A stretch of DNA of 64,000 nt from Mobula hypostoma (lineage: Eukaryota), in contig NC_086097.1 in the NCBI RefSeq assembly GCF_963921235.1, positions 53,694,001 through 53,758,000 on the forward strand, in the 5' to 3' direction. The translations under genes were made by a program, and so were the position numbers. How positions within the stretch are numbered: the first letter of the stretch is position 1; the number at the start of each line of letters is the position of its first letter. Of this stretch, positions 51,051 to 63,945 are shown piece after piece. The notes below the pieces were generated by a model that worked only from the letters and a program-made list of their open reading frames with translations, made no database searches and was not told where the DNA came from.

Positions 51051-52164
51051 AATTTCTGTTTAAGTAGATTAAGTATTTCAAAATAAATTGAATAAATATA
51101 TTTTTAAACTATACTAACAAGCAATTAAAGTCATTAAGATAAAGTGAACTAATGCACTTACTTGCAATTATCCTTTTCCACATGTTTGGAGACCCTCTTT
51201 CAAGGAAGGTGATGGAGCCAATGCACCTCTACCAGACCTCCCTGGTGTAAAGCAGGGACGTTTGTACCCGTTCTCCTCACAAGGTCAGAAGTCTGTCACT
51301 AGCCTCAACGATGGGGCAGAATGGAACCACCAAATGTCAGTCAATTTGTTTATCATTAAACTTTTAGGGCAAGCTTTCAGTTTTGGGCAGGCAGCTGTCA
51401 GAACAGACTGGTTCTTTCCTTTTAAATGGCAACAGAGGCCTGGATCATTCTGAGCTTAGGCCTCATTAAATCCTCAGCAGTGAACTGCCAGTCCTGGACC
51501 AGCATCAGCTGCCCAGCTGAGGGGCATTGCGATAAAGTTTAATTCTCTGCACCTGGAACACTTTTTGCTTAGAATTTCCAAACTTTACTTGTTTTCCTTT
51601 ACATGTGTGAGGTGTGATTGTTTATATTTTCATTTCCCAACTCTAAACACTGATATGTAATAATAATATAAGTCACTACAGATGAAGAATTGGAGAACAT
51701 CAGCCTGCCCTGCCCATACTCACCCTATGAGCCAAAAGTAAGAAACACAGAACCAAAATTCTAAGATTGTTAACATTTATTCAACATGATTCCTATTCAA
51801 TGATTCATTCAAACTGCTGCTTCTCCGGGCCTACAGAGGACAATAAAAACTGACCCCTGAGTGGCCCATTTCCAGTAATCTTCTGATGGGTTACCCATGG
51901 ATATGGGGAGGGAAGCCATAGTAGCTGTTAAGGCAAAATAACAATGACGTTACTGACACTTGATCAGCAGGTGTTAAAAAAGGACTCTGGTGAATTCAAA
52001 TGGCCACATCTGCCAACGCCTCTGCAAAGCAGACTTAAACTCGGCATGGTCCGAAAAATTGCTCCAGATTCTGTAATAGTAAACATACTCACATATTTTA
52101 CTCTTGAATTGTTGCACTATAATAGGGCACATTCCCTCTGTTTTTTGATTGTCTCTGCAGCCAG

Positions 52165-52880
52165 GTCCATTCAGGGCCCCAAACAGTCCTTCCAAGTGAG
52201 GCAACACTTCACTTGTGAGTCTGTTGGGGTCATCTATTGCATCCGGTGCTCCCGGTGCGGCCTCCTCTACATCGGTGAAACCTGACGCAGATTGGGGGAC
52301 CGCTTCGTCGAGCACCTCCGCTCCGTCCGCCACAGCAGACAGGATCTCCCAGTAGCCACCCACTTCAACTCTGCTTCCCACTCCCATTCACATATGTCCA
52401 TACATGGCCTCCTCTACTGCCATGATGAGGCTAAACTCAGGTTGGAGGAGCAACACCTCATATACCGTCTAGGTAGTCTCCAGCCCCTTAGTATGAACAT
52501 AGAATTCTCCAACTTCCGGTAATTCCCTCCCCCTCCCTTCCTCTATCCCTATGTCACTCTGCCCCCTCCCCCAGCTGCCTATCACCTCCCTCATGGTTCC
52601 ACCTCCTTCTACTACCCATTGTGTTTCCCCTATCCTTCTTCACCTTTCCTGCCTATCACCTCCCTGCTTCCTCTCCCCCACCCCCTTATCTTTCCCCTTA
52701 CTGGTTTTTCACCTGGAACCTACCAGCCTTCTCCTTCCCACCCTCCCCCCACCTTCTTTATAGGGCCTCTGCCCCTTCCCTCTACAGTCCTGATGAAGGG
52801 TTCCGGCCTGAAACGTCGACCCATCTTTTCCACGGATGCTGCCCGACCTGCTGAGTTCCTCCAGCGTGTTGTGAGCGTCG
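52165..52880 (+). mobile_element. Neptune-type PLE 3' part: GIY-YIG endonuclease, 3' UTR and hammerhead
   Basis: GVIYCIRCSRCGLLYIGET*RRLGDRFVEHLRSV..LPVATHFN..LRLEEQHLIYRLGSLQP..MNIEF. Confidence 0.92.
52787..52820 (+). ncRNA. Putative minimal hammerhead ribozyme
   Basis: gtc-CTGATGA-agggttccggcct-GAAA-cGTC-gac. Confidence 0.65.
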
Positions 52881-53239
52881 CTTCATCTTCCATTGATCAG
52901 GCAGGATTAACCTGTGGAAGGAAAGACCACAGTGGTGTTCGGGTTAATGAGTAACAATAAGGCACCTTAAATAGCGCAAACTTTAGACTGACTGTAAGTT
53001 GTTGTTTGGGAATTACAGATGCTGATAAAGTACCAGATTAGCATCAACTTACATGCTTGGCCTGCGTAATATCAAGCATTGTATTAGCAAACAACAAACA
53101 ATCTGCAATCAGTGGTTCAAACAGCATCTGTATGGGGGTGGAGAAGAATTGTTGATATTTGGTCAACAGTTCCTTCCCTGCCCTCACCTCCATATCCATC
53201 TCTCCTGGAATTCACTCAGTCTTTTTCCAAGGTTTATGA

Positions 53240-53495
53240 AATCAAGTACTAAAGGACATTGATTTAATCTGAGAGGGGAAGGATTTAATAGGAACGTTAA
53301 AGAGGGGCCTTTTTTTTTACACAGAGGGTAGTATTTATGTGGAATGAGCAGCCAGAGACAGTGGTTGAGGCAGGTACTTAAATAACATTTGAAAGGTACA
53401 TGGATGGGAGAGGTAATGCTGACAAATGGGACATCTTGATTGGCATGGAGCAGTCTGGCTATAAGGTCTGTTTCTCTGCTGTTTGTTTCCATGAC
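53240..53495 (+). mobile_element. CR1 3' end
   Basis: tttttacacagagggtag..tgtggaatgagcagccagag..ggtacatggatggga. Confidence 0.75.
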
Positions 53496-53554
53496 AATAA
53501 AGCCCTATTGATTTCATCCCTAATTCCAGACTCAACTTCATTCACCTGTGGGTT

Positions 53555-55358
53555 GAAGTTCAAAGAACAATGTTTAAATAAATAAATGAGCAAGCAAGAT
53601 CTGAGATGAAGACTCTTTGAAAGTGAGCCCATAAGTTCTGGGAACAGTTCAGTGACGGAGTGATCGAAGTTATCTCCTTTGGTACAAGAGCCCGATGGGT
53701 GAGGGGTAGTAACTGTTCCTGAACCTGGTAGCGTGAGTCATGAGGCTCCTGTACCTTCCACCTGATGGCTACAGAGGTAAGAAAGCATGATGGTGGGGGT
53801 CCCTGATGATGGATGCTGAATTCCTGCAAAAACGTTCATGTAGGTATGCTCAATGGCGGGAAGGGCTTTACCCATGATGGGCAGGGCTGTATGCACTACT
53901 TTTTGTAGCATTTTATGTTCAAATTCAGTGGTGTTTCAATACCGGGCCATGATGCAGTCAGTCAAATATACTCTCACTACACATCTATAGAAGCTTGCCA
54001 AAGTGTTAGATGTCATGCTAAATCCTCGCAAGCTCCTAAGTAGAGGCACCTCCATTCTTTCTTCATAATTGAAACTTATGTGCTGGGCCCAGGACAGGTC
54101 CTCTGAAATAATAACACCGAGGAATTTAAAGTTGTTGACCCTCTCCACCTTGAACCCCTGATGAGGACTGGCTCATGGATCTTCAGTTTGCTCCTCCTGA
54201 GGTCAATAATCAGCTCCTTGGTCTTGCTGACATTGAGTAAGATTTAAGTGGCACCACTCAGCCAGATTTTCAATCTGCCTCCTATATGGTGATTCGTCAC
54301 CACATTTGATTCAGCCAACAACAGTGGTGTCGTCAACAAATTTGAGTATAGCTTTGTAGGCGTGCTTAGCCACACAGTCATAAGTGTAAAGTGAGTAGAG
54401 CAGGGATCTACACACAGCCTTGTGGTGTACCTGTGCTGATGGAGATTGTGGAGGAGATGCTGTTGCCAATGCAAACTGACTGGGGTCTGCAGATGAGGAA
54501 ATCAATGATCTAATTGCACAAGGAGTTATTAGGGCCATGATCTAGAAGCTTATTGATTCATTTTGTGAGGATGATAGTACTGAATACTGTGTTGTAGTCG
54601 ATAAGGAGCACCCTGGTGTATGCAGATGTTCCACATTTGAGTGAAGAGTCAATGAGATGGCATCTGCTGTGGACCTGTTGCTCCAGTAGGCAAATTGGAG
54701 CGGATCCAAGTTGCTTATCAGGAAGGAGTTGATATGCTTCATCAGCAACCTCAAAAACACCTAATCACAGTGGTTGTGAGTACCACTGAATGATCGTCAT
54801 TGAGTCAGGTCACAACGTCCTTCTTGGGCACCAGTATAATTGAAGTCTGCTTGAAGCAGGTGGGTACCTCAGGCTGCCAAAGCAAGAGGTTAAAGATCAC
54901 AGTGAAGACTTCAGTCAGGTGGCCAGCACAGGCCTTTAATACTTGGCCAGGTACCCCATCTGGGCCAGATACTTTTCGAGGGTCACCCTCCTGAAAGCTG
55001 CTTGTATGTTGGACTCAGGGACTGAAATCATACGATAATCAGGGTGTTGTGGGAGTTTGTGATGGTTCCTCCATATTTTGATGGTAAAAGTGAGCATAGA
55101 AGACATTGATCTCATCTGGAAATGAAGCCCTGCTGTTGCCTATGTCGCTTGATTTAACTTTATAAGAGGTGATGATAGTCAAGCCTGGCCACAACTGTCG
55201 AGCATCCTTTATTGGTTCAAGTTTAGTCTGTATTTGCCACCTTGCCCATGAGGAGTCTTTCCAGATATCGTACCTGGACCCCTTGAAAACTTTCTTGGTC
55301 ACCAGACTTGAATGCCTCTAATCTGGCTCTCAGACTCTCCCGAATCTCATGGTTCATC
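53555..55358 (-). mobile_element. Decayed Rex1/Babar LINE, same family as 45706-47975
   Basis: FPDEINVFYAHF, LDPLQFAYWSNRSTADAI, KFVDDTTVVG, ERVNNFKFLGVIISEDLSW. Confidence 0.9.
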
Positions 55359-55412
55359 TGTCACTGAAATGATCCCACAACCTATGGACTCACTTTCAAG
55401 GACTCTTCATCA

Positions 55413-56495
55413 CACTAAACCTAAAGAAAGGTGCAATAGAGCTAATAGAATACAAAACAGAGCAGCAAGATACAATAGAACCGATGGATGAATATAAAAC
55501 ATTCTGTAAGTATCTGGGATATCAACAAGCAAAGAAAATAGACCATAGTGTGATAAAGGGAAACTTTTGACAGAATTTACTTCAAAATCTGCCAAATGAA
55601 ACTTAGCAGTAAAAATATAACGAAGGCATAAACACTTTTGCTATACCTATATTAATGTATTCTTTTGGCATAATATCTTGGTCCAAAACTGATCTGGAAA
55701 ATTTACAAAGAACAATAAGAACTGTAATAACAAATTTTAGAAAACACTACGTATGTACACTTAAAAATGGTTAGATTAACAATACTTAGGACAAAAGCAG
55801 AAAGAGGAATAATATTCATAGAAAATTTACACAACAGTCAGATAAATCATCTCAGGATATATTTTTTATCAGCAAAAACAGGATTCAGCACTCCATGCAA
55901 GCATATGCAATTCTGATAAGAAGTACACACCACTAAACTTAAATGAGAGCACAACCCAGAAAAGTGAAGAAATTATCATTGTTGAAGAAAAAGTTGGCCA
56001 AAAGAAGGAGGACATCACCTTGATCTGAGCAGACTAGATGTCGACATGGAAACATCAAATGCCTGACACAGAGACCTCTTCCCAGAAATAGATAGAACAA
56101 TCCTTAATAACAATCTGTATATAATAATACAGGATAATCAAGCAAGATCAACTTACTTAATAGATTTAGCCATTCCAAACATACATAAAGTGCAGAAATC
56201 AGTAAGTGAAAAACATTAGAAATATACTGAATTAAAAGAGGATATTAAAAGACTATAGAACATTCACATATACATTGTCCCGATAGTGATATCTGCAACT
56301 GGTTTCATCCCAAAGACACTACACAATAGCATTAAATAATTAGGGCTACTCAGCAATATCTATGTAAATCTTCAGAAAGCCACAATACTAAACACCACCA
56401 GAATAGTCCATAAGTTCCTAGCAATTGACAAATGAGCCTTGCTTGGCTATGCCCGTACCTCCGGTTTTACCAGCTTGAGCTAAGAAAAAAAAGCA
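55413..56495 (+). mobile_element. R4/Dong-clade non-LTR retrotransposon with restriction-like endonuclease, 5'-truncated
   Basis: My translation: CKYLGYQQ, INTFAIPILMYSFGIISWSKTDLENLQRTIRT, TYLIDLAIPN..EKH*KYTELKEDIKRL, IVPIVISATGFIPK, LQKATILNTTRIVHKFL; followed by aataataataataaa. Confidence 0.8.
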
Positions 56496-56499
56496 ATAA

Positions 56500-56755
56500 T
56501 AATAATAAATAAATGAATAGATAGATAGATAAGCAATAAATATCCAAAACATGGGATGAAGAATCCATAGGTTGTTGGAACAGTTCAGTAATGGGGAGAG
56601 TGAAGTTGAGTGAAGTTGTCCCCTCTGATTCAAGAGCCTGATGGTTGAGGGGCAATAACTGTTCCTGAATCTGGTGTTGTGGCACATGAGGTTCCTGTAC
56701 CTTTTTACTGATGGCAGCAGCGAGAAGACAGCAGGGTCTGGATGGTGGGAGTCCG
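56500..56755 (-). mobile_element. Rex1-type 3' end
   Basis: HNTRFRNSYCPSTIRLLNQRG, matching the end of 47377-47691. Confidence 0.85.
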
Positions 56756-56769
56756 TAATATTAGATATG

Positions 56770-57810
56770 GGAGATAATTCAGAAAATTTGTAGTTCGGAT
56801 GTTTGATAGTTGGGTTGAGTTGTTCTCCAGTATCGGCATTTTACTTGTAAGTGTTTCGTCGCCATATGAGGAGACATAATCAGTGCATTGTTAATTACTA
56901 TGTGTCCTCTGAATGCTTGGCCCTTATGTATTTATCAATCAGCAGATTGGTTGTCATTTTGGAAACTCAGTTGGGATGTGGGGAGGAAATCTCATTGCTA
57001 ATTGGTTGCATGACGAACTTTGTGTGTTGTGGTCTGGAATTTTACCTGCATTGGCTTATAAATAGAATCAAGGACTATACATTTGCATACAGAATTGTTC
57101 GTGGAAAACCACGCTTCTAGGAATTCTTTTGCATGCTGCATGTTTGCTTGTGCCATAACTTTCACTGATGCCCACTCAAATTTGCACCCCTCTCAGTCTT
57201 CATGGGCAGAGATTTGGACGAGTTGGTTATCGCGTTTAACAGCCAGTTGATGTTCATGGATCCTTGTGGATAGTTTTCTCCCAGTTTGGCTGATGTAATA
57301 TTTGCTGTAGTCCCTGCAATGGATTTTGTAGACCACATTGGCCCTGTCCAATAGCTTGATTCATTCCTTTGGTCTGCAAAGTACTCTCCTCAGCAATGCT
57401 GTTGGCTTGTGCGCGACTGAAATTCTATGTTCTTGGAGCAGTCAGACCATCATTTCCAAGATATATCAAATGTATGGAAGGACAACCCGTTTGATCACTT
57501 CTTTATCGGGCGCTGTCAACCTCATAGGCATCTTCATATGAAGTTCTGTGGGTATGCGTTTCATGCGAATACTTTTAAGAGATGTTTCTCCTTTTTACCC
57601 TTCATTTCCGTCATGCTGGAGCGCGTCTCTACTTTTCTCCGCATTTGGGTGGTCGCTGTGGTAATTTAACATCAGATATGTATGTGTTTCCTTACGATAA
57701 ATGGAAATTTCCAAGGTGCCGTCTGTGTTTCCACTGGCAAGCATGTCTAAGGATGTTAGTTTCTGTTTCCTTTGTGAATTTAATATTGTTAGAATTGAAA
57801 GAACTTATAA
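56770..57810 (-). mobile_element. PLE of a second clade (Penelope/Poseidon-type): RT end, GIY-YIG and decayed hammerhead
   Basis: Minus strand reads ANVVYKIHCRDYSKYYISQTGRKLSTRIHEHQLAVKR..EFLEAWFS; ctgatta-tgtctc..ggcgac-gaaa near 56850-56885. Confidence 0.8.
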
Positions 57811-57929
57811 ACTAATCAATGAGTGTTCCCTTATGATAAACAGCAGTTTACCGTAAGGGAACACACACAGATCAGATCCTAAATTATCACAGCAACCACC
57901 CAAATGCACACAAGGAAAGCACAAGGTGT

Positions 57930-58095
57930 CATCAGCAAACATGTAAACATCTTTGGAGCCGTGCTTATCCGTACAGTCTTAAGTGTAAATCGAGTAGAGC
58001 AGCAGGCTAGGCCCACAGTTTGGGGTGCACGTGCTGATGGTGATTGTGGAGGAGATGTTGTTGCCAATCCACTGACTGGGGTCTGCAAGTGAGGA
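57930..58095 (-). mobile_element. Rex1 RT fragment
   Basis: Homologous to 54360-54500 (gtagagcag, tgctgatgg.gattgtggaggagatg, gactggggtctgca). Confidence 0.75.
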
Positions 58096-59539
58096 CGTGA
58101 TGTGCTAGGAGTTGTACCAGGGCGTGCTGCTGCTGTAGGTCTCAGGGATATTCGGTGCACTGTCAGTTTATAAACAATAAATAATTGTTTTCACTCATGG
58201 TGTCCAGTCCAGCTTTTAGCAGTTTATTTTTAGCAGGACTCTTCACTACCGACTGCTCAATGTGGAAAGTCAGCATCAAGTGCTTATCTCCTGCGTTCTT
58301 TTCTTGGACTTGGGAAAGATTTGCCCTCATTAATTCATGAGCAACATCAAAATAAGTCTGCCTCAACAGGCCTGGTCCCTGGGAAACAGCAGGTATGAAG
58401 CAGAATGATCTCCAAATGGCAGTCTGCCTCTACCTTCCCCAGATCTCTTGAAAAGCCAGTGGTGAAAAAGTAGAATGCCTAGGTTACTGTTTTCAGTTAT
58501 ACAGTTCTTTTCACTTATCTTTTGTTTTGACATAACAATCTAAATCTTTCAAGATGTGCCGACTGCCACTATTCAGCTCCAAAGACTGGTTTTAATGATT
58601 GTGCTAAAGTACTTAAAACCAAGGGCTAGAACCAAATCTGTCAGACTGATATATGAATGATCTCCCTTTTGTGTACATAACGATGGCAGCTTTAGTACAC
58701 TCGGATTTTCCAAAGCAAATGTTCATTGGACTTTTGGGAGTAACTCATTTCAATTTTCAGATGCCATTATCAGTCACCTTCCACAGACTTACATAGTAGA
58801 TGCATTGATTTTTGTGATTTCTAAATATTAAACAATTTACAGGTCTTTGTTGTTAAGTGTGTTTTTTATTTTGCCTTTCATTTTGGCTTAACTCTATATG
58901 ATACAGCCCCAGCTCTGCTGATCAGCCTGTAGTTAATAATTCCAGAATTCAGAGCGAGTTGAACTGGGTGTGTGTGTGAAGCAATTCACCATAGCAGCAG
59001 TGAAATACTGCTCTAGAAATATGTCAGTATGTAAAAGATTGAACTGGTGCAGAATTAGGATCCTGACCAAATTTATTCACATGTCTGATGCAAGATGTCA
59101 TATATGATGTACTGACATAGGTTTAGTTCAGACAGTAAATTTGGAGGCTTTCATAGAGGGAGCCTTAGTGTTACCTTCCTATTGCCTTGAGCTTCCTGCT
59201 GTAGGTAATGCCAGTCTGAAAAAGCGCATGTAAGAGCTGGGATCACTGCTACCTGGTACACCACAGGTTTAAGGTCTTGAGCTTCAAATACCCTGAATCA
59301 ACCAGAAGCTGTAGGTCACGGTGAATTCTGATGTCTGCTTTCACTGTGAGATGGAACCAAGATATGGGAAGAGGTCTGCTGAGAATCTTTATTATTAGAT
59401 GAAGGAGGAGCTGTGTCTTGTGGATGTGGAGAGCAAGACTGGGTTAATGAGTCTCCCAAGCAATTATCCTGGATTTGAGACCGCTGTTCCTCTCGGCTGT
59501 GCTGGAGAGGTCACGTCAACCTTATGGCAAACACAATTA

Positions 59540-60512
59540 TATAACCATATAACCATATAACAATTACAGCATGGAAACAGGCCATCTCGGCCCTTCTAGT
59601 CCATGCTGAACTCTTACTCTCACCTAGTCCCACCGACCTGCACTCAGCCCATAACCCTCCATTCCTTTCCTGTCCATATATCTATCCAATTTAACTTTAA
59701 AGACAACATTGAACCTGCCTCAACCACTTCTGCTGGAAGCTCGTTCCACACAGCTACCACTCGCTGAGTAAAAAAGTCCCCTCTCATGTTACCCCTTAAC
59801 TTTTGCCCTTTAACTCTCAACTCATGTCCTTTTGTTTGAATCTCCCCCACTCTCAATGGAAAAAGCCTATCCACGTCAACTTTATCTATCCCCCTCATAA
59901 TTTTAAACACCTCTATCAAGTCCCCCCTCAACCTTCTACGCTCCAAAGACTAAAGACCCAACTTATTCAACCTTTCTTTGTAACTAAGGTGATGAAACCC
60001 AGGTAACATTCTAGTAAATCTTCTCTGTACTCTCTCTATTTTGTTGATATCTTTCCTATAATTCGGTGACCAGAACTGTACACAATACTCCAAATCTGGT
60101 CTCACCAATGCCTTGTACAATTTCAACATTACATCCCAACCCCTATACTCAATGCTCTGATTTATAAAGGCCAGAATACCAAAAGTTTTCTTCACCAGCC
60201 TATCCACATGAGATTCCACCTTCAGGGAACTATGCACCATTATTTCTTCATCCCTCTGTTCTACTGCATTCTTCAATGCCCTACCATTTACCAAGTATGT
60301 CCTATTTTGATTAGTCCTACCAAAATGTAGCACCTCACACTTATCAGCATTAAACTCCATCTGCCATCTTTCAGCCCACTCTTCTAACTGGCCTAAATGT
60401 CTCTGCAAGCTTTGAAAACCTACTTCATTATCTGCAACTCCACCTATCTTAGTATCATCTGCATACTTACTCATCCAATTTACCACCTCATCATCCAGAT
60501 CATTAATGTATT
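59540..60512 (-). mobile_element. CR1 3' portion, comparatively young
   Basis: [50 protein letters not shown]; tail reads (tataacca)n on the + strand. Confidence 0.95.
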
Positions 60513-61289
60513 AATGCATTAATCCTTCCAAAACAGACACTCTAGTCCAAGATTTATCATTAGAAGAGAGGATCAGGTGGACAAAGTAAAATATTCAAGC
60601 ATGCGATTAAAATAGTCTTGAAGTATAATATCCTCATTGACACCTGAAATCTCTGTCCAATAACCATTCAAAGTGGAGAAGAAATAAATAAGTTAGTATT
60701 GTGAACTTTGCCCCCATGCATGGATGCACAGACAAATCATATATAAGCAGAAGGAGTGTACTGCCCACCCACCTGCTCTATCTATGGAGGAGTCTGCAGT
60801 TCTTCCATCAGTCACCTCAGAACCTACAGAACAACAGTGAAAGCAAATCTTGCTCAATCTCCAAGGAAGACTGTGTCACAATTAGAAATTCTCAGCCTTC
60901 TATGCACAAATCACTTTGGATTCCCAAAGCTGCATGAGACCGGAGTGTTTAATACTGAGCTAAATATCTCCTTGACTAGAAAAACAGACACCACTTGAAA
61001 AAAACTGATGGAATATTGTGCCATTGGATGTTGACTCTGGATTTGCCAGTATAACAGTAAGGCCTTCTAGAGGTAAAGCAATCTTGGGATGTTTCATAAA
61101 AAATACTGCAGCACCTTCAATAACACCAATCTGTCGGAGCAAACTCTTGCAATCAATGCTTGCACCCCTCCTGACTGTATTGGACACTAATTAAATCACT
61201 GCAAGTACCCAGAGCACAAGAATGTCATGCACATTGTGGATCATATCACCATTTCTGGGTACACACCAGGCATGCACAGAGTCCTCAGT

Positions 61290-61760
61290 TGTGTTTAACA
61301 ACCCAGTGGCAACTCAATGCATAAAAGCATACAGATAAGTTCAAGATTTTCAGTTGTTCGGACCAAACATCAGAATGAAGAAGAAACGTTATCTAAGTAA
61401 CCTTGACCATTGAATGATCATTGCTGCCAGACAGGGTGGTTTGAGTATCTCAGAAAATGATGATTCCTTGGGATTTTCATACATAACAGTCTCTAGAGTT
61501 TACAGAGAATGGTGGAAAAAACAAACAAAAACATCTAGTAAGCAGCAGTTCTGTGGATAAAAATGTCTTGTTAATGAGAGAGGTCAGAGGAGAATGGCCA
61601 GACTGGTTCAAGCTGACAGGAAGGCATCAGTAACTCAAATAACCACGTGTTACAATAGTGGTGTGCAGAGGAACATCTCTGAAAGCACAAAACATTGAAC
61701 TTTGAAGTGGATAGGCTACAGCAGCAGAAGACCATGAACATACACTTCGTAACTGAGTGT
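61290..61760 (+). mobile_element. Tc1-derived deletion element (family 2) retaining the N-terminal HTH coding region
   Basis: MKKKRYLSNLDH*MIIAARQGGLSISENDDSLGFSYITVSRVYREW; reverse-complement homolog of 32515-32981. Confidence 0.8.
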
Positions 61761-62984
61761 TTAATACCTGTACCACTCATTTGAACTAGACGGGGATCGG
61801 TAAAATGCTATCATATATGTAATGAGCAGAATATTTCCTTGTAATATCACCAGCTTATATTGCAGAACTAAAATTCCCAGCTCATTCCATGATGGGCAGG
61901 CATCACATGTGGTTTTGGGTGCACTTCGTGATTTGAAGCTTTTCACTTTGAATGATCTGTTAAGATTGAAAATATTCCTGGATTCATTTCTAATAGCATC
62001 TGCATTAAGATTTTTTATTTAATGAATTTCTTCTTTAAAGAATCCTTTGAAAATCTAAAGGGTATTCACTTTGGCTTGTGGAAAGAGGAGTCCTAAAGAG
62101 CACTATTTGTCATGATTACATGCAAAATACATATTGATGCACTTTGAAAACGTATTTGTAAAAGATCTTTTCGTGTAGACCATTCAACACACTCATTATC
62201 TTTGTCAGAAGATCTATAAATGTTTTACAGAGAGATTGTTAGGGCATATTGTCATCTATTTTCCCTTTTTTTGTCGATAATACAAACAACTAAGTAAATT
62301 TTGTGAATATAAGTTTAGCATGAAATCATATTCTTTTAAAGTCAATATGAATTATATTGCACAATTTATCTTGAATTCTGAATTTCAATGGGAAGCACTT
62401 GAATCTTCCTTCTGAATTTTTACCTGGCTTGGATACAAAATGCTGTTTTGAGATGTGAGTAAAAACAGAAGTTTGCGAATATTATGCCCTTGCCCAAAGT
62501 CTGGATTTAGCTGCCTTTCTGGGGCAGCTAATTGCTGATGACCATGACTCAAGCTTGCCTGGAGGTTCTAAAGCACAGTTCTCCAACATCAGTTTTTTGC
62601 TGATGATGTGGATATTGACAGGTAGCAACATGTTTTTAAACGGCAGAGGGCTCCCAACTTCTCAGAGAGATGACTTAGGAGGTGCAGACTTGGGAGTCAT
62701 ATCAAAGGACAGAAGAGAGAAGGAACCCGCAGATCCAGTAATTTGGCTGGAAATCACTGAGGAAGTCAATACAAGCAATCATGTAGCCTACAGTGCCACA
62801 AAAATATTAGTGGCTTAACACAGGGGATCAAGGTAGGATCTCATCTCTCAAACATGTCTCTTATTGATGGCACCATTGATAGCACCTACACAATGCACTG
62901 ATATTCATACAAGCTACATCACTGAATTCTTTGAAGCATAGTTAACACTTCACACTCATTTCACCTCTGTCAGTCATGTGAGAC

Positions 62985-63040
<56 letters not shown>
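62985..63040 (+). repeat. Compound (CT)n(CA)n microsatellite
   Basis: Read directly from the sequence. Confidence 0.98.
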
Positions 63041-63042
<2 letters not shown>

Positions 63043-63270
63043 TTTGATTCTGAATGCTGTTGTTCACTTCAATTGTTTGCATGATTTGTACTTTTTTTCT
63101 TTCTCTTGCGCATTGAGTGTTGGTCTTTAATTTTTTTTTAATTCTTTTTGTTCTTTTAATTGGGTTCTTTCGGGTTTCTTGCTCTGTGACTACCTGTGAG
63201 CAAGCAAATCTCAAGGTTGTATAATTTATACATTCTTTGATAATAAATGTATTGAATTTTGAATCTTAGT
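63041..63270 (+). mobile_element. Rex-type 3' tail remnant
   Basis: aatctcaaggttgtata...gataataaatgtattgaattttgaatc. Confidence 0.5.
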
Positions 63271-63357
63271 TTTAACTGCACGCTCATTCTGTTGTAGGAA
63301 AGCCCCGATGAGAACTTTGGAAAACTAAGTTGAAGTCTGAACGATAGATGAATTCTA

Positions 63358-63945
63358 TCACAAACAAGAGAAAATCTGCAGATGCTGGAAATCTAAGCAA
63401 CCCACACAAAATGCTGGAGGAACTCAGCAGACAAGACAACATACGTGAAAAAGAGTAAACAGTCGACTTTTCAGGCCGAGACCCTTCAACAGGACCAGAG
63501 AAGTCAGAGTAAGAAGGTGGGAGGAGGGGAGGAAGAAATACAAGGTAGGAGGTGATAGGTGAAACCAGGACAGGGGAGGGGTGAATTAAAGAGCTGGGAA
63601 GTCGATTGGTGTAAGAGATAAAGCTCTGGAGAAGAGGGGATCTGATAGGAGAGGACAGAAGGCCATGGAAGAAAGGGAAGGGGAAGGACAACCAGAGGGA
63701 GGTGATGGGCAGGCAAGGAGATAAGGTGAGAGAGAGAAACAAGAATGGGAAATGTTGAAGGGGGCAATTACTGGAAGTTCGAGAAATCAATGTTAATACA
63801 ATCAGGTTGGAAGCTACCCAGGCAGAAAATAAGGTGTTGCTCCTCTAACCTGAGTGTGACCTCATTAAAACAGTACTGAAGGCCATGGACTGACATGTCA
63901 GACTGGGAATGGGAAGTAGAATTAAAATGGGTCACCACTGGGAAA
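63358..63945 (-). mobile_element. Neptune-type PLE 3' part with a mutated hammerhead core (63460-63496)
   Basis: Homologous to 52350-52880 and to 3335-3450; core reads ctgttga...gaaaagtc on the minus strand. Confidence 0.85.

Noticed and set aside
49525..52210. PLE pieces at 48936-49568 and 52165-52880 as one split element
   Set aside because: They overlap by about 45 bp with mismatches, and the first has its own perfect TSD, so they are independent insertions.
60520..62980. Short ORFs and AG acceptor-like sites in unique DNA (also near 15300, 15490 and 58760)
   Set aside because: There is no recognisable protein and no coherent acceptor-ORF-donor structure.
63284..63790. Pro/Ser/Leu-rich ORFs here and at 44126-45423 and 52551-52954
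   Set aside because: They are read-throughs of CT-rich PLE 3' UTRs.
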